From the NCBI RefSeq assembly GCF_009834535.1, contig NC_045723.1:1364001-1428000 (forward strand): a stretch of DNA of 64,000 nt. The letters run 5' to 3'. The notes beneath the pieces were generated by a model. The model ran no database searches and was not told where the DNA came from. It saw nothing but the letters and a program-made list of their open reading frames with translations. The translations under genes were made by a program, and so were the position numbers. The stretch is from Camelus ferus. Lineage: Eukaryota. Position 1 is the first letter of the stretch; every line of letters begins with the position of its first letter. Positions 49,134 through 61,993 of this stretch are shown here, one piece after another.

Positions 49134-51959
49134 AGACAGCGCTGGTGGAGGTGCACCAGGGCTCCCATCACCTTCCAGCAGGACCACCTGCACAGCTGGC
49201 TCCTGGCCAGTGGAATGGTGGGACTGTAAAAGGAAAATTTCCACCTGGTCACAAAAGACGTCTGAGTTGCATGCACATCTTCAGAACAAGGCATGAATTA
49301 ATAAAGCCAGGCAAGGTCTCTCTTTCTCTCAATTTGTATCCAAAGGGAGATCTCAGTTGGATAACACAGATTTGCTTCTGGGTCTGTTGAGGAGGTTTCC
49401 AATTCCAGGTTGATGGTTGGTGAGCGGGCAAGTGCGCATGCCTGCCTGTCTCAGGCTGAGGAGGATTCCTTCGTGAGTCCCTTTCCTTCAGAAATGCAGC
49501 CCAAAGAAGCAAACCTGCCCCAGGAACCCCAGGAGCCCTTCTCATTTTAGTCACCTCCCCCAGCGGCTCTCCGGAGCTGGGCGCCCTCATTCCACTTTCT
49601 GTAGTACTGTCTCATTTATCTCGGGAGAGAAGCCTCTCTGGTCTCAAGACCTTTAGTATGCACAGATGCTACATCAGCTTCATAGGAAACATCAGGTTTT
49701 TTTTTTTTTTATCTTTAACTTTGGCAGCCTCTTAATTCTTTACCCCAAAATAAATAAATACCAAAAAAAAAAAAACCTTCCCTTTTAGTTCTGGCATNNN
49801 NNNNNNNNNNNNNNNNNNNNNNNNNNNNNNNNNNNNNNNNNNNNNNNNNNNNNNNNNNNNNNNNNNNNNNNNNNNNNNNNNNNNNNNNNNNNNNNNNNNN
49901 NNNNNNNNNNNNNNNNNNNNNNNNNNNNNNNNNNNNNNNNNNNNNNNNCAGGGGCTGGAGGATACTGAGAACATCTTAATAAACCAGGTGAAGAAGAGTC
50001 ATAAACAGATCACCCTATAAAAGCTCTCGCTAACTGTTCTACATTTTACCTGTAACTAGTATTAATTTAGATTTATGTCCATGTCAACTTCATAAGAATG
50101 GCATTGACAAGATTATATGGGTTTCTTCAAAAGCCCCTATGCTCCAACTGGAGACGATCCACAAAAACATACAATGGAAATAAAAGAATTCATGCAACGT
50201 CCCCTGTATTCAAGGCCCCAAACTGGAAATATGAGCTATTCCTGAAGAAAAAATGTTTATTACCTTCAGTAAAACTGCTTTAGGCTCAAGTACGCTCATG
50301 TATTCACATAAGGCCCAATGTTTAAATTTGAATAGAAATCTACTCATTCCTACATGGCTTGTGGGGCGAGGCCCCTTAAGAGTGAACCCCTCTGCCAGCT
50401 CTGTAAGCCCCAGGGCTTCCTCCCTTGCCTTTTCCAGGACCATCTATTTAGCCGCAGCCTCCCTGGTGAGGGCAGATCTGTATCCTGAGCTTCGAGCCCA
50501 GGATGGGAGTCCCAGTAAACACAGCTATGTTTGTGCTTCAACCCCCGCCGTTGTGTAAACAGATGTGGTGGGACTGGAAGGAAAGCCAGGTCTCCCAGCA
50601 AAGGGTGGGAGGTCTCCTTTCTTGAGAAGCTTCCCGGCTGCAGCCGTGAGCAGAGGGACAGGATGCCTGTCTTGTCGGGGAGTGGAACTTGCAGTCCTTC
50701 CAGAGAGGGGCTGTTCCTCCCGCTCCCTTCCACCCTCCACCCCCATCCTTTGTTCCTGGGAACACTGTCTGGATGTCTCAGCCAGCTCACTTTTGCCAGA
50801 GCAAACATTTCCAACAAGGCTTATGCTAAGGAGTTGTTAAGAAGACAGCTTCCCCCCACTTCTCTCCAAATACATCGTAGACTGGGATTTGGGAAGACAG
50901 TCCTTCACACCTGTGCTTTCTCCCTTTACTTTCCCTTTGTTCTTTTGTGGCCCTGTTACTACCTTCAGCTAATGAGGGAGGTTTTTAGGGGCTGGGAGTT
51001 GTCAGCATGTAAAATGACAATCCCTTTCCTTCATACTACATTGATGCTCACTCTGCCTTAATTTCCTGTTTTACATTTTGCACATTAGTTATGGATATAA
51101 TAAAGGAAGGCTGACTCCAGAGCTGGGGGAAGGCAGGGGGGCTGAGCATTTTGTAATCCAACCCCAAATAGGAAGGAATTCTCATTGGTCTTTTCTTCTC
51201 CAACATGTTCTCCAGACTCAGTTTGTGAATTCTCATTCAGAGGTCAGGGAGGTCGAGAGGGTGACTCCTAGGCTTGCCCCAGGTGGAGGGACTGTGACTT
51301 CTACCCAAGGGTCTAGATTTCTGGTGGCCGCAGTCAGTGGTTCTTCTTGCCTAGAATGAACAAAGGGGACATTACCAGAAAGGCCTCCCTCACAGCAGGA
51401 ACTAGGGGGTTTGGTGCAAGTAATGGGACATTGCACTACCCTGTCCTGTTCTCTCCAGGAAGTCTTTGGAATCCCCAGCGAGGCTCCCAGAACTGTGGCC
51501 CAGAGGACTGGAGAGTCAGGGGACAAAAGAGGGGTTCTGGGTTTTGGCCAGCTGCGGAGAATTGGAGCTTTGGTCCTGTTCTAGGCTCCGGCTCCTCAGT
51601 ACGTCTGTACAAGTAAGGGAGGGGGAAATGTTCTTTGAACTCACGGAAGTAATAATAATAACTTGATTTTCAGAAGATGCGGTGACACTCTTGTCATCCT
51701 TCTAGCTGACAGTGTGCCACTCCCCAGACAGGAGATAGCGCTGGGAATTCGCAGTCTACCCCCCAGAGGCATTTCCCCCTTCCCTAGAAGAAATAAACAG
51801 AAAGGAGCGGGGTTTCCAGGGTCCGGCCAGCTGGAGGATCGGGTTGGGGTTGGGCGGGGAACCCCACTGCAGGCCAAACTGCAGGTCCCTCAGAAGAGGT
51901 TTCGTCTCTGTTTCCCCTTTATTTCACTTAACTGACTCCAGATATTTTAAACGGTTTGT

Positions 51960-53690
51960 TTACGGCGCTGCTGCCGGCTGCACGGCAAACTCTCCCGGCG
52001 CCCGGGTTGGCCCGGGCATCTCCCAGCACCCACCCGGGTCTGCAGCCTCCCCACCGCCCGCGGGGGCGCCCGGCGGGATCCGGCAGATTCCGCCCCCCCG
52101 CCCCCCAAGAAGTGCGTGCACCCCGGGGAGGGCCGGGCGGGGCCGGGCGAGGACCGGGGCAGCAGATGCGGCAGGCCGGGCCGGCTCAGCATCCCCGGCC
52201 CTCCGCGTCGCCGCCTGCCCTTCGCCCCGGCTCTCAGCCCCGCGCCGGGCGCCCCCGGGCGGCCGAAGGCCGGGTGGGCGGCAGGGGTCGGAGCGGGCGG
52301 GGCGGCGAGGCCTGCGAGCTGCCGAGACCCCGGGGAGCGGCGCGGGGAGCGCAGGGGCGCGCGGGGCGGGCGCGGCGCGGGGCTCACGGCGCGCGCGCGT
52401 CTCGGCCTCGCCCGCGCACACGCGCCTCCCTGAGGAGAAAGGCGGGCGGGCGGGCGCGGAGCGGCGCGGCGGCGGCGGCGGCGGCTGCAGCGGGCCGGGC
52501 CGGGCCGCCGCGAGGGCGGGAGGAGGGGCGGGCGCGGAGGGGAAGGGGGGGGGCGAGGCGGCGGCGCGGCGAGCTCGCCGCTCTCTGCTGAGTGTGCCTG
52601 CGCGAGCCGGCGAGCGGGTGAGTGCACCGGCCGCCGCCGCTGCCGCCCGGGCGGCCGGCCCGGGGGCGGGAGGGGGGCGCCGGGAGCCCCGAGCCGGGGG
52701 CGGGCGGCGGGCGGGCGGCGGCCGCTCCGNNNNNNNNNNNNNNNNNNNNNNNNNNNNNNNNNNNNNNNNNNNNNNNNNNNNNNNNNNNNNNNNNNNNNNN
52801 NNNNNNNNNNNNNNNNNNNNNNNNNNNNNNNNNNNNNNNNNNNNNNNNNNNNNNNNNNNNNNNNNNNNNNNNNNNNNNNNNNNNNNNNNNNNNNNNNNNN
52901 CCCATGCCGGCCGGCGGGGCGGCCGCGGCGGCCCGCGCGCCCTCACCTGGGCCGGGGGCTCGGGCGGCCGGCCGCCGTGGGGGCGGGGTGGATCGGGGGC
53001 GTCCGCCGCGCCGGCTCCTTCCTGCCTCCCCCGTGGGGAGGCCCGGCCGCCTGCCCGGCTTCTCGGCCCCCTCTCCTGTGCCCTTCCCCTGGTGCTGCTC
53101 GTCTCAGCCCGGGGGCCGGTGCTCTGGGGAGCCAGGGGCAGAGCGCAGCCGTGGAGAGAAAAAGGACCGATTTCTAGAACGTGTCACTAGTGCCCAGGGA
53201 TCCACCCCTCGGCCCCCTAGTCCCTCTCACCTCCCTTGTCCCTCTCACCTCCCTTCCCTCCGTTTGCGCCCCTCCCTCTTCTCCGAGAGCCCCCGGTTCA
53301 CACCGGAGACCTCCTGGAGCGAGGGTTGCTGCGAAGTGCCCTGAGAGGATGCTCCAGCCTGCTGCCTGGCTGCGCCGGGTCCTGGCGGCCGCATCCTTTC
53401 TGTCTCGCCCACCCACTCCCACCCGAGATGGAAAGTGAACCTGAGGGCAGGGGGTGAGTGCTTGGCCATAAGGGAATTCCAGAGGCCCTGGCTCTGGGGG
53501 ACTCATTTCCTCGAGGTTCAACAGTTCCTTGGGGCCCTTTCTTCACACCTTGCCTCTCCACGGTTACCCTCCTTCTCTCCCGGCTCCAGCCCACCGGCGC
53601 CCCGTGTGTCCCTTTATTCCGCGCTCGAGGCTCGAAGCCGGGGGAGCGGGCGGCCGGGGGAGCACTCCGGGTTCTGCTGCTCCAGGGTTT
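51960..53690. promoter_or_regulatory. Strong CpG island / TATA-less promoter of a + strand gene
   Basis: Very high GC and CpG density, many GGGCGG boxes, (CGG)6 at 52467-52484; interrupted by the N gap 52730-52900. Confidence 0.92.
52430..52617 (+). other. Candidate non-coding first exon (start approximate)
   Basis: Strong donor CGG|GTGAGT (GT at 52618-52619) inside the CpG island; no ATG in the segment. Confidence 0.6.
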
Positions 53691-55204
53691 CACACTGAGG
53701 AGCTGCTGTAGGTAAGGCGCTGCTTGAAGCAGTTTAACTCTAGTTGCGGGTGTCTTAAAAATCCCATTGGCTGCTTTCACATCCCTCTTAACCAACCCCC
53801 CCCCCCCATCTCCTAAATGTTTCCAACCACCCCTATTCGGGTGGCAGGATTACTGCCTGCGTATTCCTGGAGGAACTTGTGTTATGTTTTAATATTTACG
53901 GGGATGAACATCTGTGGAACAAGCATTTCACTGCACTCTGTTCTGCCTCTGGTAATCGCTTATTGTGGAGCTGAGTTGTGGGCTTTTTTTTTCCTTTTCT
54001 TTCTTTCCTTTTCTTCTTTAATTCAGTAAAGAGTTCACATGTGTTTCAAGCTGCAAGTGGTGTGCACATGAATATGCAATGTGCAATTTTAAAGCTAAAC
54101 TGCTTTCTGATTTATAGATCATATAGATGATATGTGGCTGTGTATGTTTCTGGGGATTTAGGCTTCCAGTCACTTATCTTCCTAAAGCCAGGTGTAACAG
54201 ACTGAAGTGGACACAAGGCTAGTGCTTTATCAGGCAGTTTCTTATATACGATCTGAGGACGATTAAGTACAGCTTGCTCTGCATAATACTGGCGCCTATA
54301 AAGTACACAAGGATGGGCCCTAATGTAATAAAACTTTTATATATTACACTGGAAACTTCAAAGAGCCAGTGTAGAAAGAATATGAAACATGTTATTACTC
54401 TATAAAAGTTGCTAATTACTGTGTTGTTGCTCCTGGGGTTATTTCAGCCTTTCATTTACAGATACCAATGACTTTACAGGTTTGCACTTAGAAATGTTGG
54501 TTTCTGGTGCAAAATCCATAGGTTTGCAGGTAAGAACTGTGCTTTAAAAGTGACTTTTGCTTTTAAGAGGCAGTTTTTCAGTCAAAGGGAAGAACTTTTT
54601 TTGTTTTGGCAGATTCTTATGCTGCTCGTCTTGCTTGCTGACTCAAACTGAAGCCCCCTTATGACTTTTATGAGTAATATTTTGCAATTAACAGCCATAC
54701 TCCGTGGCTTTTCCAGCACAGGCCTGAGCTCTCGTTCCCTCTGCATCCTCAGTTCCCAGCTGAGTTACCTGGAGCACAGTTACTGTTGAATTGACTTGAA
54801 ATTTACATTAGCCACAGTACTTTTATTATTTTTTAAAATTAAAAGACAAGCATTTTTTTAAAGTTGCTGTACATGCAGTCAGATTTTAATCAGTCCATTA
54901 ATTTGTCTTTGGCTTATGAAACCATTCAGGCTTTCTTGCTTATAATATAGTAGGAGTTTGGCTTGACTGAGGGAGTGTTTCTAGTGTGCAGATGTAGAAT
55001 TTACATCTTATTAAAGTTTATATATTTCTGATCAGCTGAAGATAAACCAAATTCCTTGAATATGCATTTCTCAAACAGACGTTTTCTCAGTCATGGGTGG
55101 ATTTTTGGATGGTATTTTCTAACTCAATTTTATGGTTGACTTTTAAGTTGTTAAGTTTTTAATTTTTATGGTTTACTTTTAAGCTTATAGGTGACCCGAA
55201 ACAA

Positions 55205-55745
55205 TTAACATTTGAGTGCTTTCACATCCATTGTTTTCTTATTTGAATCTTATAATAGTGGGAAGGGTATAGCTCAAGTGGTAGAGCCCATGCTTTAGCA
55301 TGCATGAGGTCCTGGGTTCAATCCCCAGTACCTCCTCCAAATATAAATAAATAAATAAATGTAATCCCCTCCCCCCATTTAAAAAAACATGAATCTTATA
55401 ACAATCCTGAAAGTGGTAGTAGTCTCATTTTACAGACGAGGAAATGGAGGCTTTGAACTGTAAAATGACCTTACTGAGACCATGAAACAAATGACAGCAG
55501 AACTTTTAAACTAACATTTGCCAAACAGCCATTTACTGGACACTCTTCTAAGAACCTTACATGCTTTAGCTCATTTAATCCTCACAACAACCTTAAGAAG
55601 CAAGCAAGTACTGTTGTTATTCCCATTTTACAGATTGGGAAATCAAGGGTGAGGAGGATAGGTAACCTGCCCCAGGTCACACATCTAGAAGTGGGGGAAG
55701 CCATCTTCAAACCAAGCATTAACTTCAAATCTCAGTCTTCTAACT
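55205..55745 (-). mobile_element. Two adjacent MIR SINEs, the first split by a tRNA SINE
   Basis: cattttacagacgaggaaatggagg and ctcatttaatcctcacaacaacc...cccattttacagattgggaaatc antisense cores. Confidence 0.85.
55259..55389 (+). mobile_element. tRNA-Ala(AGC)-derived SINE (camelid vic-1-like) with 12-bp TSD
   Basis: gggtatagctcaagtggtagag...gaggtcctgggttcaatccccagtacctcc head, (taaa)n tail; TSD tgaatcttataa at 55244-55255 and 55390-55401. Confidence 0.92.
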
Positions 55746-56749
55746 TCAAATCCAAATATTTCCTATAATATTGCAGATGTTTCCCAATTTATGAGAGCAG
55801 TGCTGAAATTAAATACAGAACAAAACTTTGATGGACTGGAAGTTAGAGTTCTGCTATTACAATATCAAAGAAAGAGACGGTCAGAGCATTAATTATATTA
55901 ATCTAAAATTAAAGATTTGGAAACAAAACATCATGATTTAGGAAATTATGACTGCTTCCCTATTCAAATTAACTTATAAAATGTATATAAATTTAAAATG
56001 AAGACCACTAAAAACTTCTTCCTGTAATTCATCTTAGAAAAACACTTTTCTTTGGAAGGGGGTAGGGGAAAGTACAGGTTCATGGCAAAAGAGAATGGTA
56101 TTTTAACAATTTTTTTTTCTAATTGGTGGGTGTCATTTTCCAATAAGACAAATTGCACTTTGTTAGTCGTGACTGTGGCTTTGAACATGGGCTGGCTTAG
56201 TCTAGTGGTCACTGGAAGTGTCCCCAAATGGCTGTGGGGACAATATGAAGAGAAAAGCCCCGTACTGTTGAACGTAACCTTCTCTGCTTCCTTGCACACC
56301 CTTCTCCCTCCTACCCCACCCCTGAGAAACCTTTATATTTATTTTTCAAGGCAGGGGGAGCTTTAGAGCCTGAATTATCAGATAGCTGTTTCAACTTTTC
56401 TTTTCGCCCTGCCTTGAAGTTGAGAAGGGTTGCCCTCATTCCCACCTCTGATTCCACTTCCTGTTTCCAGTTTGAAGCAAAAGTGAAGAATGTGGACCGA
56501 GGTGAAGGCATTCATTCTGCACGCAGCTCCCCCACTTCACTCGGTAGAGCTGAGTCCTGGAAGAGTTGGGGATTCAGTGCGTTTCCAGGGGCAACGTCCA
56601 GAGGAGCAGAACCACCTCTCAAACTCTTGCTCCAGCCCCTTGGCTCTCCTTCCTGCCCTCCACCAGTTTTTGATCAGCTGCTGGGCATGTCAGCTGTTCC
56701 TCAGGGTCTTTAAAATAATGACCATCCCTTTTAACAGGGTAATGGTTGC

Positions 56750-57260
56750 TTTCACTTATTCGCTTAACAAATTTTATTGATCATCTCTTAAATACCAGAC
56801 CTTGTGCTGGTTGCTGGAGGGGTTACAGAGAAGAGGAAACACGGATGGTGCGGGTTATTGTCTAGTGGGGACCAGACAAGTACACACATACAAAAGGAAG
56901 GTTTCAACACTGGTGATTCAGAAAAGAAAAAGACCATATTTGGGACCAGGGTGGGGAGGGGGGAGGTGGTGGTGGAGGAGGGAAAGAGGAAAAATTGAGT
57001 TTAAAAAAAAAAGGCTTCCATGGAAAAGGTGGCCTTTGAACTAAGCGTTGGAAGATGAATGGCATTTTTACAGACGGTGGGGGTGGGGTATTGAGAGGAT
57101 GTAGCGGCATCTTGGGCAAAGAAAGAACTGGAACAAAGGCTTTCATGGTGTCTCTGAAAGATCCTTTTATGAATCATGGTGGAATTACCTATACCAAATA
57201 TTTTAAAGATACAGAACTTTGTAATCACGAGGTGGTTTCAGTGAATGAGAAGAGCTTTCC
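56750..57260 (-). mobile_element. L2 LINE 3' portion
   Basis: ttcacttattcgcttaacaaattttattga...ccttgtgctggttgctgg is the antisense L2 3' end. Confidence 0.75.
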
Positions 57261-57576
57261 AGAGTGAACTTAGGCAAAATTGTATTTAATCTTCCTTAAA
57301 TATAGACACATTTTAGTTACTGGAGAGAAAGTCTATAGAAATACAACAGTAAATATTTGGATCTCTCTCTACTACCCCCCACTCTATACCCCTCCACCCA
57401 GCTTCACATAGGCCAGAATCCATTTTCTTTTGTTCCAATAGGCATTATAATTTACATTCTTTCAAAGTGGAATCTTTGAAATTCTAAGAATGGATTGTAT
57501 CACACTCATCAGTTTGTTCAATTCAGTAAGCATTCACAGAGAATATTAGGCGTCACTCTAGGTTAGGTACCAGAGA

Positions 57577-57750
57577 GCTGTAGCTTTCAAACCTTTTAGA
57601 CCATGACTCACAGTACAAGTTTTTTTAACACTGCAACCCACTACTGCATTTGTGTGCACACGTACTCATAACTGAAACAAGTGTCTTGAAATAACACCCA
57701 TATTATGAGAGATGTGCTTTGATATTTTCTATTCTATTTTTCAAAAATTT
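57577..57750. mobile_element. hAT-Charlie-family MITE remnant
   Basis: gtagctttcaaaccttttagaccatgactcacagta...ataactgaaacaag...gatattttctattcta resembles a Charlie-derived MITE. Confidence 0.6.
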
Positions 57751-59419
57751 CCCATCCAGGAGCTGAAACCTGTAGTTTAAGGGAGGGGGATGGGAAAACC
57801 CTACTGCAGTGGATGCAAAGTAAAGACGTGTTTGCCGGGAACTCGTAGAATAATCCGTGCGTGTAAATACCTGTACTAGGGCACAGACACGTTACGGAGC
57901 TGACGCTGCAATGGGAGGGGGAGGACGGCACATCCTGTGGCGAGGGTAGGCGACCTGTAAGACAGAGAAGCATGTGAAATACATCTTGGAGGAGAAGCAG
58001 ATTTTCAGAAGCAGAAAATGAAGGGAGGGAAGACCATGTGAGGTAAAACTGAATAGAAATAAGGAGGGAATAAAGCTTGGAGCTTGTTTGGCGAAGATAA
58101 AGTTATTAACTAACTCAGGGCGGAGGACTGCGCTTCTGCGGAGGAGGGGCGCCAAGCTGAACCACGAACGACTTAGTCTACACCTGGTGCTTCCCAGTAG
58201 TGCCTGCTGACCCACGTGGTTCTCTTCAAATCAACCACCGCCTTCCAGGCCTCCTCAGGCTCCCCAGGCCCTAGAGTCAGAAAATTGCCCCAGATCCTCC
58301 ACCTTGACCCTCAGCCCTTTTCTCCAGGCCCTGGAGAGCAAACATTTTAAGGCCTACCCCTGTCCCTTCTGTCAGCCCTTAGGGGCCAAAGCAGTTGGCC
58401 AGAACTCAGAGGGCGGAAGGAGAGGTGCACCAGGGACCCAAGCCCCGCTACCTTCGCTGGGCGTGGCCTGAGCCCCGGCGTCCTGGAGCCCATTGGTCCC
58501 GAGCAGCCCTGTAGACTGTGTGCGTTCTCATTGGCCCAAAGTGGCTGAATGGTTGGCTGTGGGGGCTGTGATTGGCCAAGAGCCCCAGAGCATGCCCAGA
58601 GCGTGGGAAAGGGCCTTCCCCAGGTGCAAGGATGAAATTGTTTCTGAGCAGAGGGGCTTCCAGGGCCAGGGCGGGTGGGCTGTGCCCCCAAAGGGCTGGT
58701 GGCCAGCATGGAGGAGAAAGAGGGGATGTTCATGGGAAGAGGTGAAGTTCAGGGGGCTGGGAGCTGAGGGGTGCATCCACTTGTGAGGGGCATCAGCTTG
58801 GCACCGTGGGTGGTGTGTTTTGGAGAAAGCCAGGTGGGGAGACTGGTTAATTCAAGATGATGAAGTTGAGGAGCTCTGCTGGGGGCTGTCAGGACACCCG
58901 GGAGGATGTACGCTGGATGTGCCGATGAGACTTAACCAAGTGCCTTTTGATGACGATGAAGATGAGTATTTTGTGTAGGGAAATGATACCTTCCTGTGTT
59001 CCGGATTTTCTTCTGCGAAAATGTAGGAGGGTTATAAAATGCTAAGAATCTATTTCGGTAGAATGTCCCTGTGAACCAGAATGGGTCTAATCAGTGATAC
59101 TAAATTTAGCAACTTGAACAAGGCCCTTTGGCATAATAATTGGTTAACGTAACAGCCAATTTAAGAAAAAAAAATCTCTGAAAATGAAATGCATGATTTT
59201 TTTTTCCTATGTAAATGGACTTTTTAACCTGGAATAAGTTTGCCTGTTTAAATTTTCTTTATTTTGGGAATAAAGCCTTGGTGGCAAAATCAAGGCCATA
59301 AAAGATGATTTTTAATGTCATTTAATGGTACCATAATGTTTCCTTGTTTTGTTTCAAAGTGAAATCCATAAAACTTATTTTCAGTGTTGCCTGTTCTCTT
59401 TTGTTTGGGAATTTAATTG

Positions 59420-59590
59420 AGGTTTCTGAATTCAGCTGGCTCGAACCCCGCTTTCTGTCTGGCCCTGGGCAGCTCATGCTTTTTCTCATTTCCTAGTCTC
59501 AGTCTTGGCTTAATCACTTATAAAATGACAGCACTTGTACTGGCCTACCTCATAAGGTTGTGATGTTAAGTAATAAAAGTGTCAATTGCT
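59420..59590 (+). mobile_element. MIR SINE
   Basis: ggccctgggcag...tataaaatgacag...cctacctcataaggttgtgatg. Confidence 0.65.
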
Positions 59591-60079
59591 TTGTGAATGC
59601 CAAATGTAGTTCTTTTATACCCTTTGCTTCCTTCAAAAAACCTCTATCATAAACAAGGAAGGCTACAGAAAGGCCACATTGGGCCAGGTCATCCCTCTGG
59701 TGCAGACTTCTGTCCTTGGCAGTGGGACCCAGGGACAGTTTTGAGTAGAGGTTGGTAGTATTTCTTAGTTGTACATCATTGTCGGACAGACAAATATGTC
59801 CTTACTTATGGTTGTGTGACCAACGTATGTAGATATATTAACCATTACATAATCTTTGATGTTTCACTGAGAATGTATTGAATTACCACCCATTACATCA
59901 AATGACTTCATTTGGCTCCTTGGGTCTCATTAAATTATGTCAGGCTAATCATAATTTAGTTTCAGTAGAAACAAAATACACACTTATGCCAGGATGAGAG
60001 GATACCACATCACCCAAGAAACTTAATGGGTTTAATCCATGGAAATGAACACCTGGGGACCTGATAGGGGGCTGGAGTG

Positions 60080-60290
60080 TTTCCAGACGTGTCACTGGGC
60101 TGCCCAAGGACATAAGTAAGATCGTATCTAACAGTGGTGTGACAGGGCTGTCTCAGAGGGCAACAATGACCTGTCCCTTGGAGGCTGTAGACCCCCCGCC
60201 AGGGACTTTGTAGAGATAGATTCCTGAGTAAGTGGACCAACAACAGTAAGTTTCCCTGAGTCCTTCCAGCTTCAAAATTCTATGATCATT
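60080..60290 (+). mobile_element. MIR3/L3 3' remnant
   Basis: ctgtcccttggaggctgtagac...ccttccagcttcaaaattctatga terminal motif. Confidence 0.6.
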
Positions 60291-60896
60291 TTCATCACGG
60301 GGCAGGAGTCAAGAGTGCCCGAGTCATTCATTGCATTCACTCGTGTATTTCCCCCTTTGCAATTTCTCCACTCACACAGAGAAAGGCATAGAGGGTCCTT
60401 ACACTTCTTCACGTAATTTCTTCCCTGGAGGCTTGTTAGCTGAGGTAAAAAATGAGGACTGTAATTTGGAGACCACTTTAACATAGCAACTCAGTTTAGA
60501 GGTCTGTGCTTAACTTGAGCTGAAATAATTTTATTTTTCCTTTTTTTATGGACAGGAAATTAGTTTCCCCGAGCCCTCTAGAGCCCTGTAACAGGAGTCT
60601 GTTAGTCTTAGTTAAATTCTTCTTGTCGTACCTGTACTGTTTACCTGAGTTATGAAGTGACGGAACACATTTTCTGTCAATGTTCATTGAAATGTTAATT
60701 AGTTACCTTGCAGTTTAGACAGAAAAAGACTTTACTCTAGTGGATCATCACCAGTTCTGGGAAATAATCTGTCTGCTTTTGTCTTCAAATTTCAAAATAT
60801 ATTTGTTTTTCTGTAAAATGTATCTCGAGGGAGAAAAGACTTAGAAGACAGTTCTGAGAGCTTAGGTCCATATACTTCACTGTCGCTCAGGCGAGC

Positions 60897-61049
60897 ACTT
60901 CTCAAACTTTAACATGCATCCAGATAACTCAGGGATCTTGATAAAGTACAGATTCTGATTTGATAGGTGCAGGGTGGGGCTACGGGACTGTGCTTCTCAT
61001 CAGCTCCCATGTGTCACTGCTGGTCCTTCAACCAAACCTGGAGTAGCAA
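60897..61049 (-). mobile_element. MER5A-like hAT MITE
   Basis: cacttctcaaactttaacatgcatc...cagattctgatt...gggtggggc...ctgctggtcc. Confidence 0.8.
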
Positions 61050-61919
61050 GAACTAAGAAGGTAAAAATTCCTTTGAAAAGAAGCTCTTTAAAAATACTAT
61101 ATTTTCTTCTTTTTATTTTAAGGAGGCCCTGAATAATAACATTACAAATCCACAAAGCCAGGAGGTTACATTTAGATGCGGCATTTATTTTATTTTCGTG
61201 GGTCTTTCTAATACAATTTTGATGAGTGAGGGGGTGGTTAATTGTATCCTAGTGGGGATATAGTGGGAAATAAACATAAAAACCTAAGTAAACAAAATTT
61301 TTAATAAATAGGCTAATCACTTTTTATAGCTTTGCAGTTCTTATCATCCTTAAAAGGCTGGGTCCTGCATCAGGAGCCGGTGCTGAGTAACTGGACACAT
61401 TCTCACAGACCCTTCTGGATTTGTTGGGACCCTCACAATCGCTCCTGTAGGTGCCCAGCACTCGGAGCAAAGTCCCCATTGTCTCCCAGCCATTCTCTTT
61501 GGGAGGGACCTGGGTGGGGGTGGAGGGGTGCAGGGAGGTGGCCGTGGTGGGGAAGGGAGAAAAGCTGTTTGCAGAATCACTGCCCTACCCTGTGGCCATA
61601 GGTGCAAATTGCAACTTTCCCAATGTCCCAGGAGAAATCACAGCTCAGCTCCAAGTGGAACCCCTGGTGAGTCTCAGACGCCACTGGTGGGGACTTTCTA
61701 TCCCAGCACTGCCGGCTACCTCTCCCTGACCACACAGTGCCCTGAGTCCATCAGGTGGTCAAACTTAGCTGCAGTTTCTTTGTTTAATTTCCAACGGTAT
61801 TTCATTAGAAAAATAAGTGCGGATAGCAGCGATTTCACGAGTAAATACAGCACCGTTGACTTTGAATGTGCTGTGAGATTGGTGGGAATTTTATTTACTT
61901 TGTCTTCTTAATGAGGGTT

Positions 61920-61993
61920 TGTGTGTGTGTGTGTACACACGCGGCGCGAGCGCATGCGCACGCGCGCGCGCGCGCACACGCACGCACACGCAC
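61920..61993. repeat. Compound alternating purine-pyrimidine repeat (TG)7/(CA)n/(CG)7
   Basis: Direct reading; (CG)7C at 61961-61975. Confidence 0.97.

Larger units (their letters stand above)
1472..52900. other. Nine assembly gaps: 1472-1607, 3264-3425, 17297-17454, 17636-17791, 24411-24545, 30007-30204, 48115-48294, 49798-49948, 52730-52900
   Basis: N runs of 135-198 nt read directly; several fall in high-copy L1 or extreme-GC sequence. Confidence 0.98.

Noticed and set aside
1472-52900. Similar-sized N runs as a biological periodicity
   Set aside because: They are scaffold gaps; their placement in high-copy L1 and extreme-GC sequence fits short-read assembly failure
51844-53795. Long ORFs (448, 328, 240, 226, 211 aa) over the CpG island
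   Set aside because: Low-complexity Gly/Ala/Arg/Pro translations on both strands, caused by stop-codon scarcity in extreme GC; several also run through an N gap
55259-55335. Possible tRNA-Ala gene
   Set aside because: Extra bases in the D-arm and anticodon arm, an A-rich (taaa)n tail and a flanking TSD identify it as a SINE
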